This document shows positions 36,485 to 48,335 of a DNA stretch of 64,000 bases, in pieces. Position numbers and translations under genes: made by a program. Numbering within the stretch: position 1 is the first letter of the stretch; the number at the start of each line of letters is the position of its first letter. The notes under the pieces were generated by a model. The model saw only the letters and a list, made by a program, of their open reading frames with translations. It did not search any database and was not told the DNA's origin. The DNA comes from a virus, in the IMG/VR virus record IMGVR_UViG_3300012277_000051, positions 4,041-68,040 of that record; one strand, given 5' to 3'.

Positions 36485-38044
36485 TTGGAAGATGTGAATA
36501 TTGAAAGTCCTATAGCTGTAAATAATATACAGGCTGAGATGTGCTTTGTTGGTAGTTTGTATAGCAATCCAGATTTATATGTTAGCTATGGAAATTTTAT
36601 GAGAAGCAAATATGATTTCGCAGATCCGGTAACAAGATTCTTATATGATAATTTGGAGACATATTACTTAACCTTTTCTCAGACAGTTGATGAAAAGAAG
36701 ATTAATGTGTTTATGAGTCAGAACGATGAGAGGTTAAAGGAATTTAAACATTACAAGGGCTGGAAAACCGTTCAGAGATTTATTGAGCTGGCTGACACCA
36801 ATGATGTTGATAACTATTTTAACCTTGTAAAAAAATATTCTCTTTTAAGAGAGTATGAAAAAAATGGATTCCCTGTCAATAAAATTCTAAATAGCAAAAA
36901 ATTTGATTCACTTACGGCCAATGACATTTATAGAATAATTCGTATTAAGGCAGATAAAATCAATACAGTAATTAATGCTGGAGATGAGGCTGTTGAACTA
37001 ACAAAAGACAACTCTAGTGCTGTTAATTCATACATAGATGTTCCCATGATGGGGCTATTAACCCCATGGTATTTATACAATGAAATGTTTCTTGGGCTTA
37101 CACAAGAAGATGTTATTTTGGAAGGGTTTTTATCAAATGAAGGTAAGACCAGAAAGTTAATGAAACTTGCTGCTTATGTAACATTGGTACAAAATAAAAG
37201 CTTCTTGCTTATGAGTAACGAGATGAGTGAAAAGAAACTTAGGAGCTGCTTGATTACTACTGTACTTAATAATGCTGAATTCAAGGAATTGCATGGAATC
37301 AAACTTATGAAACCAGAAAGGGAAATCGTACTTGGTGCTTATAAGGATACAGACGGTAATTTTATACGAAGAAAAATCGACGATGATGGAAAATATGCCG
37401 AGACAAAAGACGAATTTCTTAAAAGAATACAAGACAACTCAAAAGAATACTGGGATGTAATTAAGGTAAGCAATTGGATTGATGAACATGATAATGGGAA
37501 ACTGTTATTTAAAGATGTTGGAGATGATTACAGTGATAATCGTCTTGAATTTGAATTAAGGAAATATCGTGCAACATCAAATGTGATTTACTTCGGGTAT
37601 GACACCCTTAAAGGATATCGTTCTGAAGATTGGAGTGTTATAAAACAGTCGGCTACAAGACTGAAAGAAACAACGAAGGAGCTTGGAATGTCAGGATTCA
37701 TTGTTTTTCAGTTGACAGATGATACCGTATTTACAGACGTTTTTAGTCTGAGCAGTAACAACATTGCAGGAGCAAAAGGAATGAAACATGTTACTGATGC
37801 CCTGACACTTGGTAAAAAGATATCTAAAGATGAATATCATAAATATCAGATTGTAGTTGAAAATGGGACTTGGGGAGAACCCAGTACAGAAGATTTAAGT
37901 TATGAAAAGCAGTATTTCGCAATAAAGGCAGATAAGAACCGGTCTGGTGATAAGGACAAAATAATGGCGTTTGAAATAGATTTGAACTATAACATATGGA
38001 ATAATATCGGATACATAATTAGAAAACCAAAAGTTACTGAATAG
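36485..38044 (+). CDS. DnaB-like replicative DNA helicase (divergent)
   Basis: N-terminal AEMCFVGSLY (DnaB N-terminal-like) and Walker A-like GFLSNEGKTRKLMKLA. Confidence 0.65.
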   Translation: MEDVNIESPIAVNNIQAEMCFVGSLYSNPDLYVSYGNFMRSKYDFADPVTRFLYDNLETYYLTFSQTVDEKKINVFMSQNDERLKEFKHYKGWKTVQRFIELADTNDVDNYFNLVKKYSLLREYEKNGFPVNKILNSKKFDSLTANDIYRIIRIKADKINTVINAGDEAVELTKDNSSAVNSYIDVPMMGLLTPWYLYNEMFLGLTQEDVILEGFLSNEGKTRKLMKLAAYVTLVQNKSFLLMSNEMSEKKLRSCLITTVLNNAEFKELHGIKLMKPEREIVLGAYKDTDGNFIRRKIDDDGKYAETKDEFLKRIQDNSKEYWDVIKVSNWIDEHDNGKLLFKDVGDDYSDNRLEFELRKYRATSNVIYFGYDTLKGYRSEDWSVIKQSATRLKETTKELGMSGFIVFQLTDDTVFTDVFSLSSNNIAGAKGMKHVTDALTLGKKISKDEYHKYQIVVENGTWGEPSTEDLSYEKQYFAIKADKNRSGDKDKIMAFEIDLNYNIWNNIGYIIRKPKVTE

Positions 38045-38058
38045 TTGGAGGGCAGCAA

Positions 38059-39078
38059 GTGGATATTAGAGAGTTGAAAAATTATATATACGATAATCAT
38101 TATATCGAGCAAATCTTGAAGTCCATTGGTTGCCATCACATCAAGTATCATTCAAACTATTGGACTTGTGGAAACAAAGATGGTGATAATGCAAAATCAA
38201 TAGTAGTTCGTAATAATGAATTTTTAGGTTGTGATAATTATACCAGGCAAATGATAGCTACTTCAAGGGCTACTGATTTAATTGATCTAGTATGTTTTTC
38301 ACAAGATTGTTCATTTCCAGATGCCATAAATTTTATATGTAACGAGATAGGATTGTCATATTATCATGATTTTAATGAAGACATTCCTGAATGTTTCAAA
38401 ATATTAAAGTTGCTTGATGATTTGGATTCTGGGTCAATACAGCAAAATGAGGCGCCTTTAAAGAAGATTAGTGAAAACATTCTGAGTTATTACAAGCCGT
38501 ATGTCAACGATTTATTTCTTGAAGATAATATTAGTTACGAAGCGCAAAGAGAGTTTGAAATAGGATTTGATGAGGAAAGCAATAGATATACAATACCTAT
38601 TAGATCAGAATTGGGTGATTTGGTGGGGGTGAAAGGAAGGTACTTTTACAGAAATGTACCGGAAGATGAAAACAAATACATATATCTTGAACCATGTCCG
38701 AAATCAAAGATTATATATGGTTTATATAAAACCATAAAATTTATAAAAGAAACAGGAATTATATATGTAGGAGAGGCAGAGAAATTTACGCAGCAGTTAT
38801 GGTGCTATGGATACAGAAATGGCGGTAGCACCGGCGGAAAAGAGCTGTCCAATTATCAAATTGACATGCTTATTAGACTTGGAGTAAAGATATGTTTTTG
38901 TTTTGACAAAGATGTGACCAAGGAAGAATATGAAGAGTTGGCAAATAGATTTCCAGATGGAATTCCATTATTTTACATGTTTGATGAAGGTGATATTTTA
39001 AATAAGAAGGACTCTCCTTCAGATGATCCAATTAAATGGAAATATTTGCAGGAAAATAATATATACAAACTTAGATAG
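38059..39078 (+). CDS. DNA primase (zinc-binding N-terminus plus TOPRIM-like core)
   Basis: CHH...C zinc site, acidic YVGEAEKF and FDKDV TOPRIM motifs; GTG start after agttggagggcagcaa. Confidence 0.6.
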   Translation: MDIRELKNYIYDNHYIEQILKSIGCHHIKYHSNYWTCGNKDGDNAKSIVVRNNEFLGCDNYTRQMIATSRATDLIDLVCFSQDCSFPDAINFICNEIGLSYYHDFNEDIPECFKILKLLDDLDSGSIQQNEAPLKKISENILSYYKPYVNDLFLEDNISYEAQREFEIGFDEESNRYTIPIRSELGDLVGVKGRYFYRNVPEDENKYIYLEPCPKSKIIYGLYKTIKFIKETGIIYVGEAEKFTQQLWCYGYRNGGSTGGKELSNYQIDMLIRLGVKICFCFDKDVTKEEYEELANRFPDGIPLFYMFDEGDILNKKDSPSDDPIKWKYLQENNIYKLR

Positions 39079-39090
39079 AGAGGTGATTTA

Positions 39091-40857
39091 TTGCAATATA
39101 AATTATATAGCGGTGCGAAAGATAATACTCAAAACGTAGTAGACACTGTCCTTAAAAACAGGGGTATTGATGATCCTCATAAATATTTAAACCTAGATGG
39201 CAGCGTTGTAATTCCATATCAGAATCTCGATAATATCAAGGTAGCCGTGAAATTATTTATGCAAAATTTTAATGCTAAAAATAAGATTGGCATTTTGGTT
39301 GATGAAGATCCCGATGGATACTGTTCTTCTTCGACGATGTATTTGTACATTAAGGAAATGGATAAGGATTATCCAGTTGAATACATTCTACATACAAGAG
39401 CGAAAGCACATGGTTTATCTGAGGATGTTATTATACCTGATGATATTAAACTACTTATTATACCAGATGCAGGAACTAATGACGTAAATGAATGTAAGGA
39501 ACTTCATGAACGTGGAGTTGATATTTTGATATTAGATCACCACGAAAGAGAAGATGATAATCATTATGCTACGATTGTAAATAATCAAATAAGTGACAAC
39601 TATCCAAACAAAGATTTGTGTGGTGCAGGTGTTGTATATAGGTTTTTACAGGCATTGGACGATGAAAATTGGAATGAATATGCAGATAATTATTTAGACC
39701 TAGTTGCATTGGCTAACATTAGCGACGTAATGGACATGAGATCTTTTGAGACGAGATACTTTACTGATATTGGGTTACTCAACATAAAAAACAAGTGTCT
39801 GGAAGCGTTAATTAATGCGCAGGACTATAGCATGGGTGGAAAAATTAATATACATAACATTCAATGGTATATAACTCCTATATTAAATGGCATGATCCGT
39901 ATTGGTTCTTTTGAAGAAAAAGAATTACTATTCAGAGCATTTATTGAACAAGAAGAATGGTTTGAATACAAAAAACGTGCAACAAAGAATAAAGAAGCCG
40001 AAGTTATACAGGAGTCCATATATGATAGGGCTGCCAGACTATGCAAGAATGCTAAAGCCAGACAGGATAAATTAAGAGAAAAAGGAGTTAATGAGATTGT
40101 CAGTATAGTTAATAATAATTCCAATGATGACAAAATAGTCATGGAAGATGTGACAGAATTATTAGATAGTGGATTGACAGGGGTTGTTGCAATTAAAATT
40201 TCCGAATTATGTAACAAACCATGTATTTTACTAAAAAAGCATTATAATGATAAGTTGAAAAAAATGGTATATGGAGGAAGTGCCAGAAACCTTGACAATA
40301 GCCCTATTGATAGCTTCAAGGATGTAGTTAATTCTTCGAATATCATTAAAGGCAAGGGGCATCCTAATGCTTTCGGCATAGTAGATCTGGATATTAACGA
40401 CAAAGATAAGGCTTTGGATACTATAAACAACATGTTATGTGATGTTGAATATGACTCAACCTACAGGGTTGATTACATTTTAGATATTGAGAAAGTCAAC
40501 ATCCCACTAATAATGGAATTATCAAAATTTGACGATATTGTAGGTCAGGGAGTAGATGATCCTATAATTACTATAGAAAATATTATCCTGCAACGCAGTA
40601 GTATAGAAATTTTTGGTAAAAATGAAGATACTATCAGTTTCGAAATTGACGGAATAAAATACGTACTCTTTAAGTGTAAAAGCGGCAATCCTTTATATGA
40701 TTGGCTACAGAACGCATGGAATGATGAAGATAAAGTAACGATTAACTTAGTAGGTAAGCCGAGCATTAATGAATATAACGGTGTCAGGACTCCTCAAATT
40801 GTTATTGAAGATGTGCTATTAATAAACTCTGATTGTAACGATGATGAAGATTGGTAG
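39091..40857 (+). CDS. DHH-family phosphoesterase / RecJ-like ssDNA exonuclease
   Basis: DPDGYCSSS (motif I), ILDHHERED (DHH motif), GKGHPNAFG (GGGH-like motif). Confidence 0.75.
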   Translation: MQYKLYSGAKDNTQNVVDTVLKNRGIDDPHKYLNLDGSVVIPYQNLDNIKVAVKLFMQNFNAKNKIGILVDEDPDGYCSSSTMYLYIKEMDKDYPVEYILHTRAKAHGLSEDVIIPDDIKLLIIPDAGTNDVNECKELHERGVDILILDHHEREDDNHYATIVNNQISDNYPNKDLCGAGVVYRFLQALDDENWNEYADNYLDLVALANISDVMDMRSFETRYFTDIGLLNIKNKCLEALINAQDYSMGGKINIHNIQWYITPILNGMIRIGSFEEKELLFRAFIEQEEWFEYKKRATKNKEAEVIQESIYDRAARLCKNAKARQDKLREKGVNEIVSIVNNNSNDDKIVMEDVTELLDSGLTGVVAIKISELCNKPCILLKKHYNDKLKKMVYGGSARNLDNSPIDSFKDVVNSSNIIKGKGHPNAFGIVDLDINDKDKALDTINNMLCDVEYDSTYRVDYILDIEKVNIPLIMELSKFDDIVGQGVDDPIITIENIILQRSSIEIFGKNEDTISFEIDGIKYVLFKCKSGNPLYDWLQNAWNDEDKVTINLVGKPSINEYNGVRTPQIVIEDVLLINSDCNDDEDW

Positions 40858-40865
40858 GTGATTAA

Positions 40866-43800
40866 TTGTATAGTGCTTTACATAGTCATACCCATTATAG
40901 CTTGCTTGATGGGTATGCAACACCAGAAGAATACCTTAATAGAGCAAGAGAAATTGGTCTAAAAGCTTTTGCAATAACAGAGCACGGAAACGAATATAGC
41001 TGGTGTTATTTTGATAAACTGAAAGAAAAATATCCTGAAATCAAAATAATATATGGTGTTGAATTTTATGAATGTTTCGATATTAATGTTAAGGATAAGG
41101 AAAGTAAATATTTCCACCTAATTGTTCTGGCTAAGAATGAAAATGGAAGAAAGGCAATTAACAAACTTGTAACCAAATCTAATTTTGAGGGATTATATTA
41201 CAAGCCAAGAGTAGACTTGAATTGCTTTAGAGAATTGGAATGTGGCGACGATATTATAGTTACATCGGCATGTCTTGCGTCAAAGATATCACATGAATCA
41301 GACTTTAATAAGTGCCTTGAATACATAAGAGAATATAAAAATGTATTTCCCAATTTTTACCTTGAAATGCAGTCACATTCACATGTTGACCAGGAAATGT
41401 ACAATAAAAAAATATTGCAGCTTTCTCTTGATAGTAACACTCCATATGTAATAACAACTGACTCTCATGCTGCTACCAAAGAGGATTTATATTATCAGGC
41501 CAGGCATGTTCAAATAGCTCACGACACTGAAACTATGAGTGAAATATATGAGGGATGTTATTTACAGTCAGAAGAAGAAATTCATGAAATAATGGACATT
41601 CAGGTCGGGGCTGACGTTGTAGAAACCGGGTTGAGAAACACAAACGTAATAGCAGATATGATTGATGATGTGAAAATGCCGTTCCAATCTCCTAAACTAC
41701 CTACATTTCCGTTACCAAAGGAATTTGAATCAAATTATGATTATTTGAAACATCTTGTTGACGATGGTTGGTATAGGCGGGGGTTTGATAAGTTTGATGA
41801 TGTCAAGCAGAGAGAGTATAAAGAAAGAATAGATTATGAATTGAATATTATTCATACCATGGGATTTGATGGTTACTTCTTGATAGTATGGGATTTTATT
41901 AATTATGCTAGAAGTAAAGATGTAATGGTTGCCCCTGGAAGAGGTAGTTGTGCAGGTAGCTTAGTATGTTATTCCTTACATATAACAGATTTAGACCCAA
42001 TAAAATATGGCCTCATTTTTGAAAGATTCCTAAATCCAGAACGTATATCTATGCCAGATACAGATACAGATGTTTCAAATCGTGAAATCGTAATCAATTA
42101 TCTTATTGAAAAATATGGTGAAAATCGTGTTTGTCAGATTATTAATTTTTCATATATTACACCTGTTGTTGCAATTAAAGATGTTGGTAAGGTGCTTGGA
42201 TTTGGGTATACAGAAATGGATAAATTAAGCAAGAAGTTTTCATATGATACCTTCGATGAATGTTTGAAAAACAACGCTAAATTGGTGTCAGAGAATTCTA
42301 AGTACAGTGAATTATTTGATATTGCGGGGAAACTTAGCGGTAGAATAAAAACCGTTTCATGTCATGCCGGTGGCGTTGGGATAGTTGATACTGACATTTC
42401 CGACTACATGGCAATGAAACTTGGTGGTGACGGAGAGCATGTAATACAAGTTGATAAGCGGCTTATAGAGGAAATAGGAATAATTAAGTTTGATATCCTT
42501 GGAGTACAGACGTTAAATATGATTAAAGAAGCTCAGAAGGACATTGGACTGAGAGAATACGACATTAATATAAATAACCCAATTTTTGAATGTGATAGCA
42601 AATCGTATAAATTACTTTGCGATGCAATGACAAATGGGATTTTTCAGGTAGAAAGTAGTGGGATGAAAGATCTACTGTTTCGTCTTGAACCAAGCTCATT
42701 AGAAGATTTATCGGCAGTACTTGCATTATACAGACCGGATTCTATGGGGGAACTTGAAGATTATATTGAAAGAAAACATGGAAGAAAGCCAATTACATAT
42801 ATCCACCCAGATATGAAGCCTATACTTGAAACGACTTATGGCTGCTTGATTTACCAGGAACAGCTTTTAGATATTGTAAGAAAGTTCGCAGGTAGAAGTT
42901 ATGGTGGTGCTGACCTCTTCAGAAAAGCAATAGGAAAAAAGGATAAAGAATTAGTCGTTAGAGAGTCGGATAAGTTGTATCAAGAAATAATTGACAATGG
43001 TTATGATGAAAAAATTGCCAAACAGATAAGTGATGAAATGAGAGAGAAAGGAGGATATCTGTTTAATAGATCACACTCATTTAGTTATGCGGTGATATGT
43101 TTTCAAACTGCATTTTTAAAAACATATTATCCAATTTATTTCTTTAAGGCACTTTTCAACTTGAATAAAGATAAAGCAGGAATGATTAATAAATATATCA
43201 TAGATGCCAAGAATTTTAAAATTGACATTAAACCTCCCAGTATAAATAAATCTGTTGTAAACTTTTCCATATTTGAAAATGATATATTATTTGGGCTATC
43301 TGCTATTAAAGGTATTGGGGCGTCATTTGCAGAAGATATTATTACAAAAAGAGGAACAGGATTTGAATCTATGGCTGCATTTATTGATATTGTAAATCCC
43401 AAAAAGAGCCAAGTAATATCATTAATAAAATCTGGAGCGATTCCATCAAATGACAAAAAGAAAAGCTTAATTAAATATTTGAAATCGTTATATGAGCCAT
43501 TAACATTTTCGGAAGTTGTAACCTTGCCAAAATATCAGTCTCTTGTAGATGATTGGGGTATCGATATTGAAAAGTACAGAACTGGTAGCAAAAAATATGA
43601 TTATGATAAGATTACATTGCTTAGTGAATATAATAAGAAAAAACGCGAAATGTTTGATATCCAACAGGAGGAACGATACAAGAAGCATATAGATGATAAT
43701 AGTAAGTATTTAGATAACGAAGCATTCTGGGAATTTGAATCGTTACAAATTTTCATTAATAACAATCCGTTTGACAATGCCTATAATTTTATAACACCAT

Positions 43801-44096
43801 TTGAAGATATTGAAGTAGGTGACAAATGTACCATTGTAGGAATAATTGCAAAGGTTGAAAAGAAGAAAGATAGACATAAAAAACAGTTTGCATTCATTAA
43901 CATTTACTCATCGTTTGGTCTTGTAGAGGGGATTGTATGGCATACACAATTGAAAGAATATGAAGACTTGGTAAAGAAAGGACAGCAACTTGCTCTGCTT
44001 GTAAAAAAAGATGGAGAAGACAAGGTAATAGTAGAAAAGATGAAGGGGTATAACATTTGGTTGGATCAGATGCGTCAGAAAGGAGTGGCTGTTTAA
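40866..44096 (+). CDS. dnaE: DNA polymerase III alpha subunit (PHP domain, polymerase core, OB fold)
   Basis: N-terminal LHSHTHYSLLDGYATPEEY PHP motif; 1076 aa. Confidence 0.9.
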   Translation: MYSALHSHTHYSLLDGYATPEEYLNRAREIGLKAFAITEHGNEYSWCYFDKLKEKYPEIKIIYGVEFYECFDINVKDKESKYFHLIVLAKNENGRKAINKLVTKSNFEGLYYKPRVDLNCFRELECGDDIIVTSACLASKISHESDFNKCLEYIREYKNVFPNFYLEMQSHSHVDQEMYNKKILQLSLDSNTPYVITTDSHAATKEDLYYQARHVQIAHDTETMSEIYEGCYLQSEEEIHEIMDIQVGADVVETGLRNTNVIADMIDDVKMPFQSPKLPTFPLPKEFESNYDYLKHLVDDGWYRRGFDKFDDVKQREYKERIDYELNIIHTMGFDGYFLIVWDFINYARSKDVMVAPGRGSCAGSLVCYSLHITDLDPIKYGLIFERFLNPERISMPDTDTDVSNREIVINYLIEKYGENRVCQIINFSYITPVVAIKDVGKVLGFGYTEMDKLSKKFSYDTFDECLKNNAKLVSENSKYSELFDIAGKLSGRIKTVSCHAGGVGIVDTDISDYMAMKLGGDGEHVIQVDKRLIEEIGIIKFDILGVQTLNMIKEAQKDIGLREYDININNPIFECDSKSYKLLCDAMTNGIFQVESSGMKDLLFRLEPSSLEDLSAVLALYRPDSMGELEDYIERKHGRKPITYIHPDMKPILETTYGCLIYQEQLLDIVRKFAGRSYGGADLFRKAIGKKDKELVVRESDKLYQEIIDNGYDEKIAKQISDEMREKGGYLFNRSHSFSYAVICFQTAFLKTYYPIYFFKALFNLNKDKAGMINKYIIDAKNFKIDIKPPSINKSVVNFSIFENDILFGLSAIKGIGASFAEDIITKRGTGFESMAAFIDIVNPKKSQVISLIKSGAIPSNDKKKSLIKYLKSLYEPLTFSEVVTLPKYQSLVDDWGIDIEKYRTGSKKYDYDKITLLSEYNKKKREMFDIQQEERYKKHIDDNSKYLDNEAFWEFESLQIFINNNPFDNAYNFITPFEDIEVGDKCTIVGIIAKVEKKKDRHKKQFAFINIYSSFGLVEGIVWHTQLKEYEDLVKKGQQLALLVKKDGEDKVIVEKMKGYNIWLDQMRQKGVAV

Positions 44097-46358
44097 TTGT
44101 CATATGAAGAAGATGAAGTTTTTGAATTTAAGGCATTGATTACTTATGAAAGATATTATTCGGAAGATACGTCGTGGGGAGTATTTGGATTCTCCACGAA
44201 AGACGAAATTCCTCACTATGTAATACCAAGTAAATCGGAAGATGCTTTTGGAATAGAAACCAGTGGATCAAAGATGAGTACATTGTCGGGACGAATGCAA
44301 CATTTACTTGAAGGAGCGGAATATCAAGTAAAAGCTAAATACAAATTGGATAAGACTTATGGACATCAATATGTTCCTATATCCGCATATGCTTTAATTC
44401 CACAAAGCAAGGAAATGCAATTAGTGTTCTTGAAATCTTTAATAAATCCATGGATTGCAGAGAACTTATTAAATGCATACCCCAACGTTGTCAATGATGT
44501 GGCGAACGGAACTTTGAAAGATATTGATTATAGTCACGTGAAAGGTGTTAGGGAAATTACATGGAGTAGAATTAAGGAAAAGATAATTAATAACTATCTT
44601 ATTTCAGACATTGTCATGATGTTGAAACCACTGGGTGTCACATATACAATGATTAAAAAATTATTGTCAGATGAGCCTAATCCAGTACTTTTAAAAGAAG
44701 AATTGGAGAAAAACCCATATATACTTACAAGGATTAATGGACTTGGATTTAAACGGATAGATGAACTTGCTCTAAGAATGAAGCCTGATCTGGTTGACTC
44801 CACAGAACGGCTAGTTGCTTTTGTAAAATACTATTTAACAGACCTAGGTGATAGTAAGGGTCATACATGGGTTTCTAAAAAGATACTGTCAGGGGCAGTA
44901 TCAAATATTGTACCCGAGTGTAGCAATAAATTTGAATGGATGATAAATAACAGTGATTTTTTACATATAAATGAAGAGAAGATTGGGTTGAAATATTATT
45001 ATGACATAGAGATGAAAATATTCAGTATTCTTATGTCGAAAGCAATAAAGGAAACTCCAGTTGTATTAAGTAATGAAATCATAGAAAAATCTATAAATGA
45101 AGCAGAAAACGAACAAGGGTTTAAGTACGTAATTGAGCAATTAGACACTATAAATTCTACGCTTGCTAGGACTGTAAGTTTAATTACAGGTAAGGCGGGA
45201 ACCGGAAAGACTTCTATAATGAGAGCCGTAGTCAGAGCATACATGAATGGAAATTATACAATCACAGCTTCGGCGTTATCAGCTATGGCAGCACAAAGAA
45301 TTACTGAAGCAACTGGTTTTCCTGCAATGACTATTCATAGGACTCTTGGCTGTAAAGGGGTAAATGATTTTTCATTTAATATTGATAACCATATGATCAC
45401 TGATGTAGCTTTTCTTGATGAAGGTAGTATGGTGAATGCTAGTTTATTTCTTGATTGGCTTGAAGCAATAGATGACTGTACTCGTATTATAATCTCTGGT
45501 GACCATAAGCAACTTCCACCAATAGGATTTGGAAATGTATTTTCTGATTTAATTGAAATGTTTGATGACACTGTAGTAAGTAAACTTATAAAGCCCATGA
45601 GACAGGCAGAACAATCAGGTATTTTAGTTGACGCAAATCTAATACGTGATAACAAAAATCCAATTTCAGAGAAGCTACAACCGAGGATAGTCCATGGTGA
45701 ATTACAGGATATGTATTATATGTTCAGGAATAATAGACAGTCGCTTTTTGACATTGCAGTCAAAACATTCGTCAAAACAGTAGAATCAGATGGGATTGAT
45801 AATGTAGTCATTGCTGTACCAAGAAGAAAAGATTGCTTGAATAGCACTTTTGAATTAAATAAAAAGATTCAAGAAGAGTTATTACATTATGAGACGAGAG
45901 AGATATCAGGAAATGATATTGATTTCAAAATGGGCGCAAGAGTAATGCAGACCGTTAATGATTATGAGAAAAATGTATTCAATGGCGAAATCGGATACAT
46001 TACGCAAATTGATGAAAGATATGAAGGAAAAAAGAAAGAAGAGTATTGTGTGGTAACATACATTGATAATCTTGGTCATGAAAAAAATATAGAGTATATC
46101 AAGAAAGAGTTATCTGCACTGGATTTGGCATATGCGATGACAGTACATAAGTTACAGGGAGCCGGTAGGAAAATTGTAATAGGAATAATTGATAATACAC
46201 ACAGCCAGTTGTTAGATAACTGCATGTTATACACGTTGCTTACAAGAGCGAAGAAGAGATGTCTTTTACTTGCCGAACCAGATGCATTTCTTCAATGCAT
46301 TAGAAAAAGTCATAACAAGCGTAATACATGGATACAGCTTCAAAATAATATTGCTTAA
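44097..46358 (+). CDS. RecD-like SF1 DNA helicase
   Basis: Walker A GKAGTGKTS; motif VI AMTVHKLQGAGRK. Confidence 0.8.
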   Translation: MSYEEDEVFEFKALITYERYYSEDTSWGVFGFSTKDEIPHYVIPSKSEDAFGIETSGSKMSTLSGRMQHLLEGAEYQVKAKYKLDKTYGHQYVPISAYALIPQSKEMQLVFLKSLINPWIAENLLNAYPNVVNDVANGTLKDIDYSHVKGVREITWSRIKEKIINNYLISDIVMMLKPLGVTYTMIKKLLSDEPNPVLLKEELEKNPYILTRINGLGFKRIDELALRMKPDLVDSTERLVAFVKYYLTDLGDSKGHTWVSKKILSGAVSNIVPECSNKFEWMINNSDFLHINEEKIGLKYYYDIEMKIFSILMSKAIKETPVVLSNEIIEKSINEAENEQGFKYVIEQLDTINSTLARTVSLITGKAGTGKTSIMRAVVRAYMNGNYTITASALSAMAAQRITEATGFPAMTIHRTLGCKGVNDFSFNIDNHMITDVAFLDEGSMVNASLFLDWLEAIDDCTRIIISGDHKQLPPIGFGNVFSDLIEMFDDTVVSKLIKPMRQAEQSGILVDANLIRDNKNPISEKLQPRIVHGELQDMYYMFRNNRQSLFDIAVKTFVKTVESDGIDNVVIAVPRRKDCLNSTFELNKKIQEELLHYETREISGNDIDFKMGARVMQTVNDYEKNVFNGEIGYITQIDERYEGKKKEEYCVVTYIDNLGHEKNIEYIKKELSALDLAYAMTVHKLQGAGRKIVIGIIDNTHSQLLDNCMLYTLLTRAKKRCLLLAEPDAFLQCIRKSHNKRNTWIQLQNNIA

Positions 46359-46372
46359 TACGGAGGGAATGA

Positions 46373-48322
46373 ATGACAGATATCTCAAGAATCAAGGAGC
46401 TGACAAGGCTCCTGAATCACTACAGAAACGAATACTACAATAAAAATAATTCTGAAATCAGCGACCAGGAGTACGACAAACTGTTTGATGAGCTGAAACA
46501 AAAAGAAGATAAAACAGGTTTTTGCTTGGCAAATTCACCGACTCAATCAGTAGGATATTTGGTGCAGAGCAAACTACAGAAGAGTGTTCATGAATATCCG
46601 ATGTTATCCCTGGACAAAACAAAATCACCAGATGAGTTGTTGAAATTTGCTGGTGGCCGAAAATCAATTTTAATGCTGAAGTTGGACGGGCTGACCGTTT
46701 GTATTACATATGAAAATGGTGTGTTGGTTAAAGGCGAGACTCGTGGCGATGGTTTCATTGGCGAAGATATCACCGAAAATGTGAAAACATTCTGCAATGT
46801 TCCACTTACAATTCCATATAAAAAGAAACTCGTCGTGTTTGGCGAAGCAATTATTGATTACAATACATTCTATGAAATCAATGGTGAATTGTCTGATGAT
46901 AAGAAATACAAGAATCCAAGAAATCTGTGTAGTGGAACAGTAAGACAGTTGGATAGTAAAATATGTGCAGATAGAAATGTAAAATTTGTTGCTTGGAGAT
47001 TGGTTGATGGAAGCCAAAGCAATTATTTTTCTGAAAGATTGTGCGAATTAGAGTCGTATGGATTCGAAGTTGTTTCATGGAGTTTGCTTGCTGGGAATAT
47101 CGAAGAACAATTAATGAGTATGAAGAAAGACGCGGATGAAATCGGATTACCTATTGACGGCTGCGTTGTATCTTATACAGATATTTCCTACATGGAATCG
47201 CTTGGAGCCACATCGCATCATTTAAGAGGACAGCTTGCTTTTAAGTATGCAGAAGATCAGGAGTCTTCAATATTAAGAGAAATCGAGTGGTCTATGGGTA
47301 AGACTGGTAATTTAACACCTGTTGCAATATTCGATCCGGTAGAACTTGCTGGAACTACAGTCAGTCGTGCGTCCCTACATAATATCAGTATAATGAAGGA
47401 TTTAGATATCAAAGTTGGTGCTAATGTAACGGTAGTTAAGAAAAACGAGATTATACCACAGATCATCGAATGCGATGCCGATAAGTCAGACTTTGAAATT
47501 CCTGACACATGTCCAGTGTGTGGAGGTATGACTGCTATAGTCAAAGATAATAACACAGAAGTGCTTACCTGCACCAACCCTGGCTGTAAAGGAAAGTTGC
47601 TTGGTAGGCTTACACATTATTCTAGTAAAAATGCATTGAATATTGACGGGTTATCTGAAGCCACGCTAGAAAAGTTCATGGAATTAGGTTGGCTAAATCA
47701 ACTATCAGATATTTACACATTAGATTCCCATAAAGAAAAAATGGTCAAATTAGATGGTTTCGGCAAGAAATCAGCAGAGAAGTTGTTAGCAGCAATTGAA
47801 AAATCAAAGAATACTACACTTGAACGATATCTCTATGGATTATCTATCGCCCTGATTGGCAAGACGGCCAGCAAAACTATCAGTAAGCAATTCAATGGAG
47901 ATTATTCAAAATTCATCGAGGCGTTAGAAGATGGCTTTAACTTTATGCATCTCAACGATTTTGGAGCAACTATGAATAATAGTATCCATGCATGGTACGA
48001 AAAATATAGCGATTCAGGGGACGCTTATATTCCAACGCTGCTTGATTTTGAGAAGCCGAAAGCAGTTATAGTTGCTGATAATAAAAAAGATTTATCAGGA
48101 ATGGTATTTGTAATCACCGGGAACTTGACGCATTATTCCAATAGGAACGAATTGGTTGAAGCGATTGAACGACTAGGTGGTAAAGTATCAGGATCAGTAT
48201 CAGTGAAAACTACTTACCTCATCAATAATAGCCTGGAAAGTAATTCTGGGAAAAATAAAAAGGCAAAAGAACTTGGAGTGTCTATTATATCAGAAGAAGA
48301 ATTTATGTCCATGATAAAATAA
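46373..48322 (+). CDS. ligA: NAD-dependent DNA ligase
   Basis: KLDG adenylation motif (LMLKLDGLTV), Cx2C zinc finger, C-terminal BRCT domain. Confidence 0.9.
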   Translation: MTDISRIKELTRLLNHYRNEYYNKNNSEISDQEYDKLFDELKQKEDKTGFCLANSPTQSVGYLVQSKLQKSVHEYPMLSLDKTKSPDELLKFAGGRKSILMLKLDGLTVCITYENGVLVKGETRGDGFIGEDITENVKTFCNVPLTIPYKKKLVVFGEAIIDYNTFYEINGELSDDKKYKNPRNLCSGTVRQLDSKICADRNVKFVAWRLVDGSQSNYFSERLCELESYGFEVVSWSLLAGNIEEQLMSMKKDADEIGLPIDGCVVSYTDISYMESLGATSHHLRGQLAFKYAEDQESSILREIEWSMGKTGNLTPVAIFDPVELAGTTVSRASLHNISIMKDLDIKVGANVTVVKKNEIIPQIIECDADKSDFEIPDTCPVCGGMTAIVKDNNTEVLTCTNPGCKGKLLGRLTHYSSKNALNIDGLSEATLEKFMELGWLNQLSDIYTLDSHKEKMVKLDGFGKKSAEKLLAAIEKSKNTTLERYLYGLSIALIGKTASKTISKQFNGDYSKFIEALEDGFNFMHLNDFGATMNNSIHAWYEKYSDSGDAYIPTLLDFEKPKAVIVADNKKDLSGMVFVITGNLTHYSNRNELVEAIERLGGKVSGSVSVKTTYLINNSLESNSGKNKKAKELGVSIISEEEFMSMIK

Positions 48323-48335
48323 ACTTGATAGATAT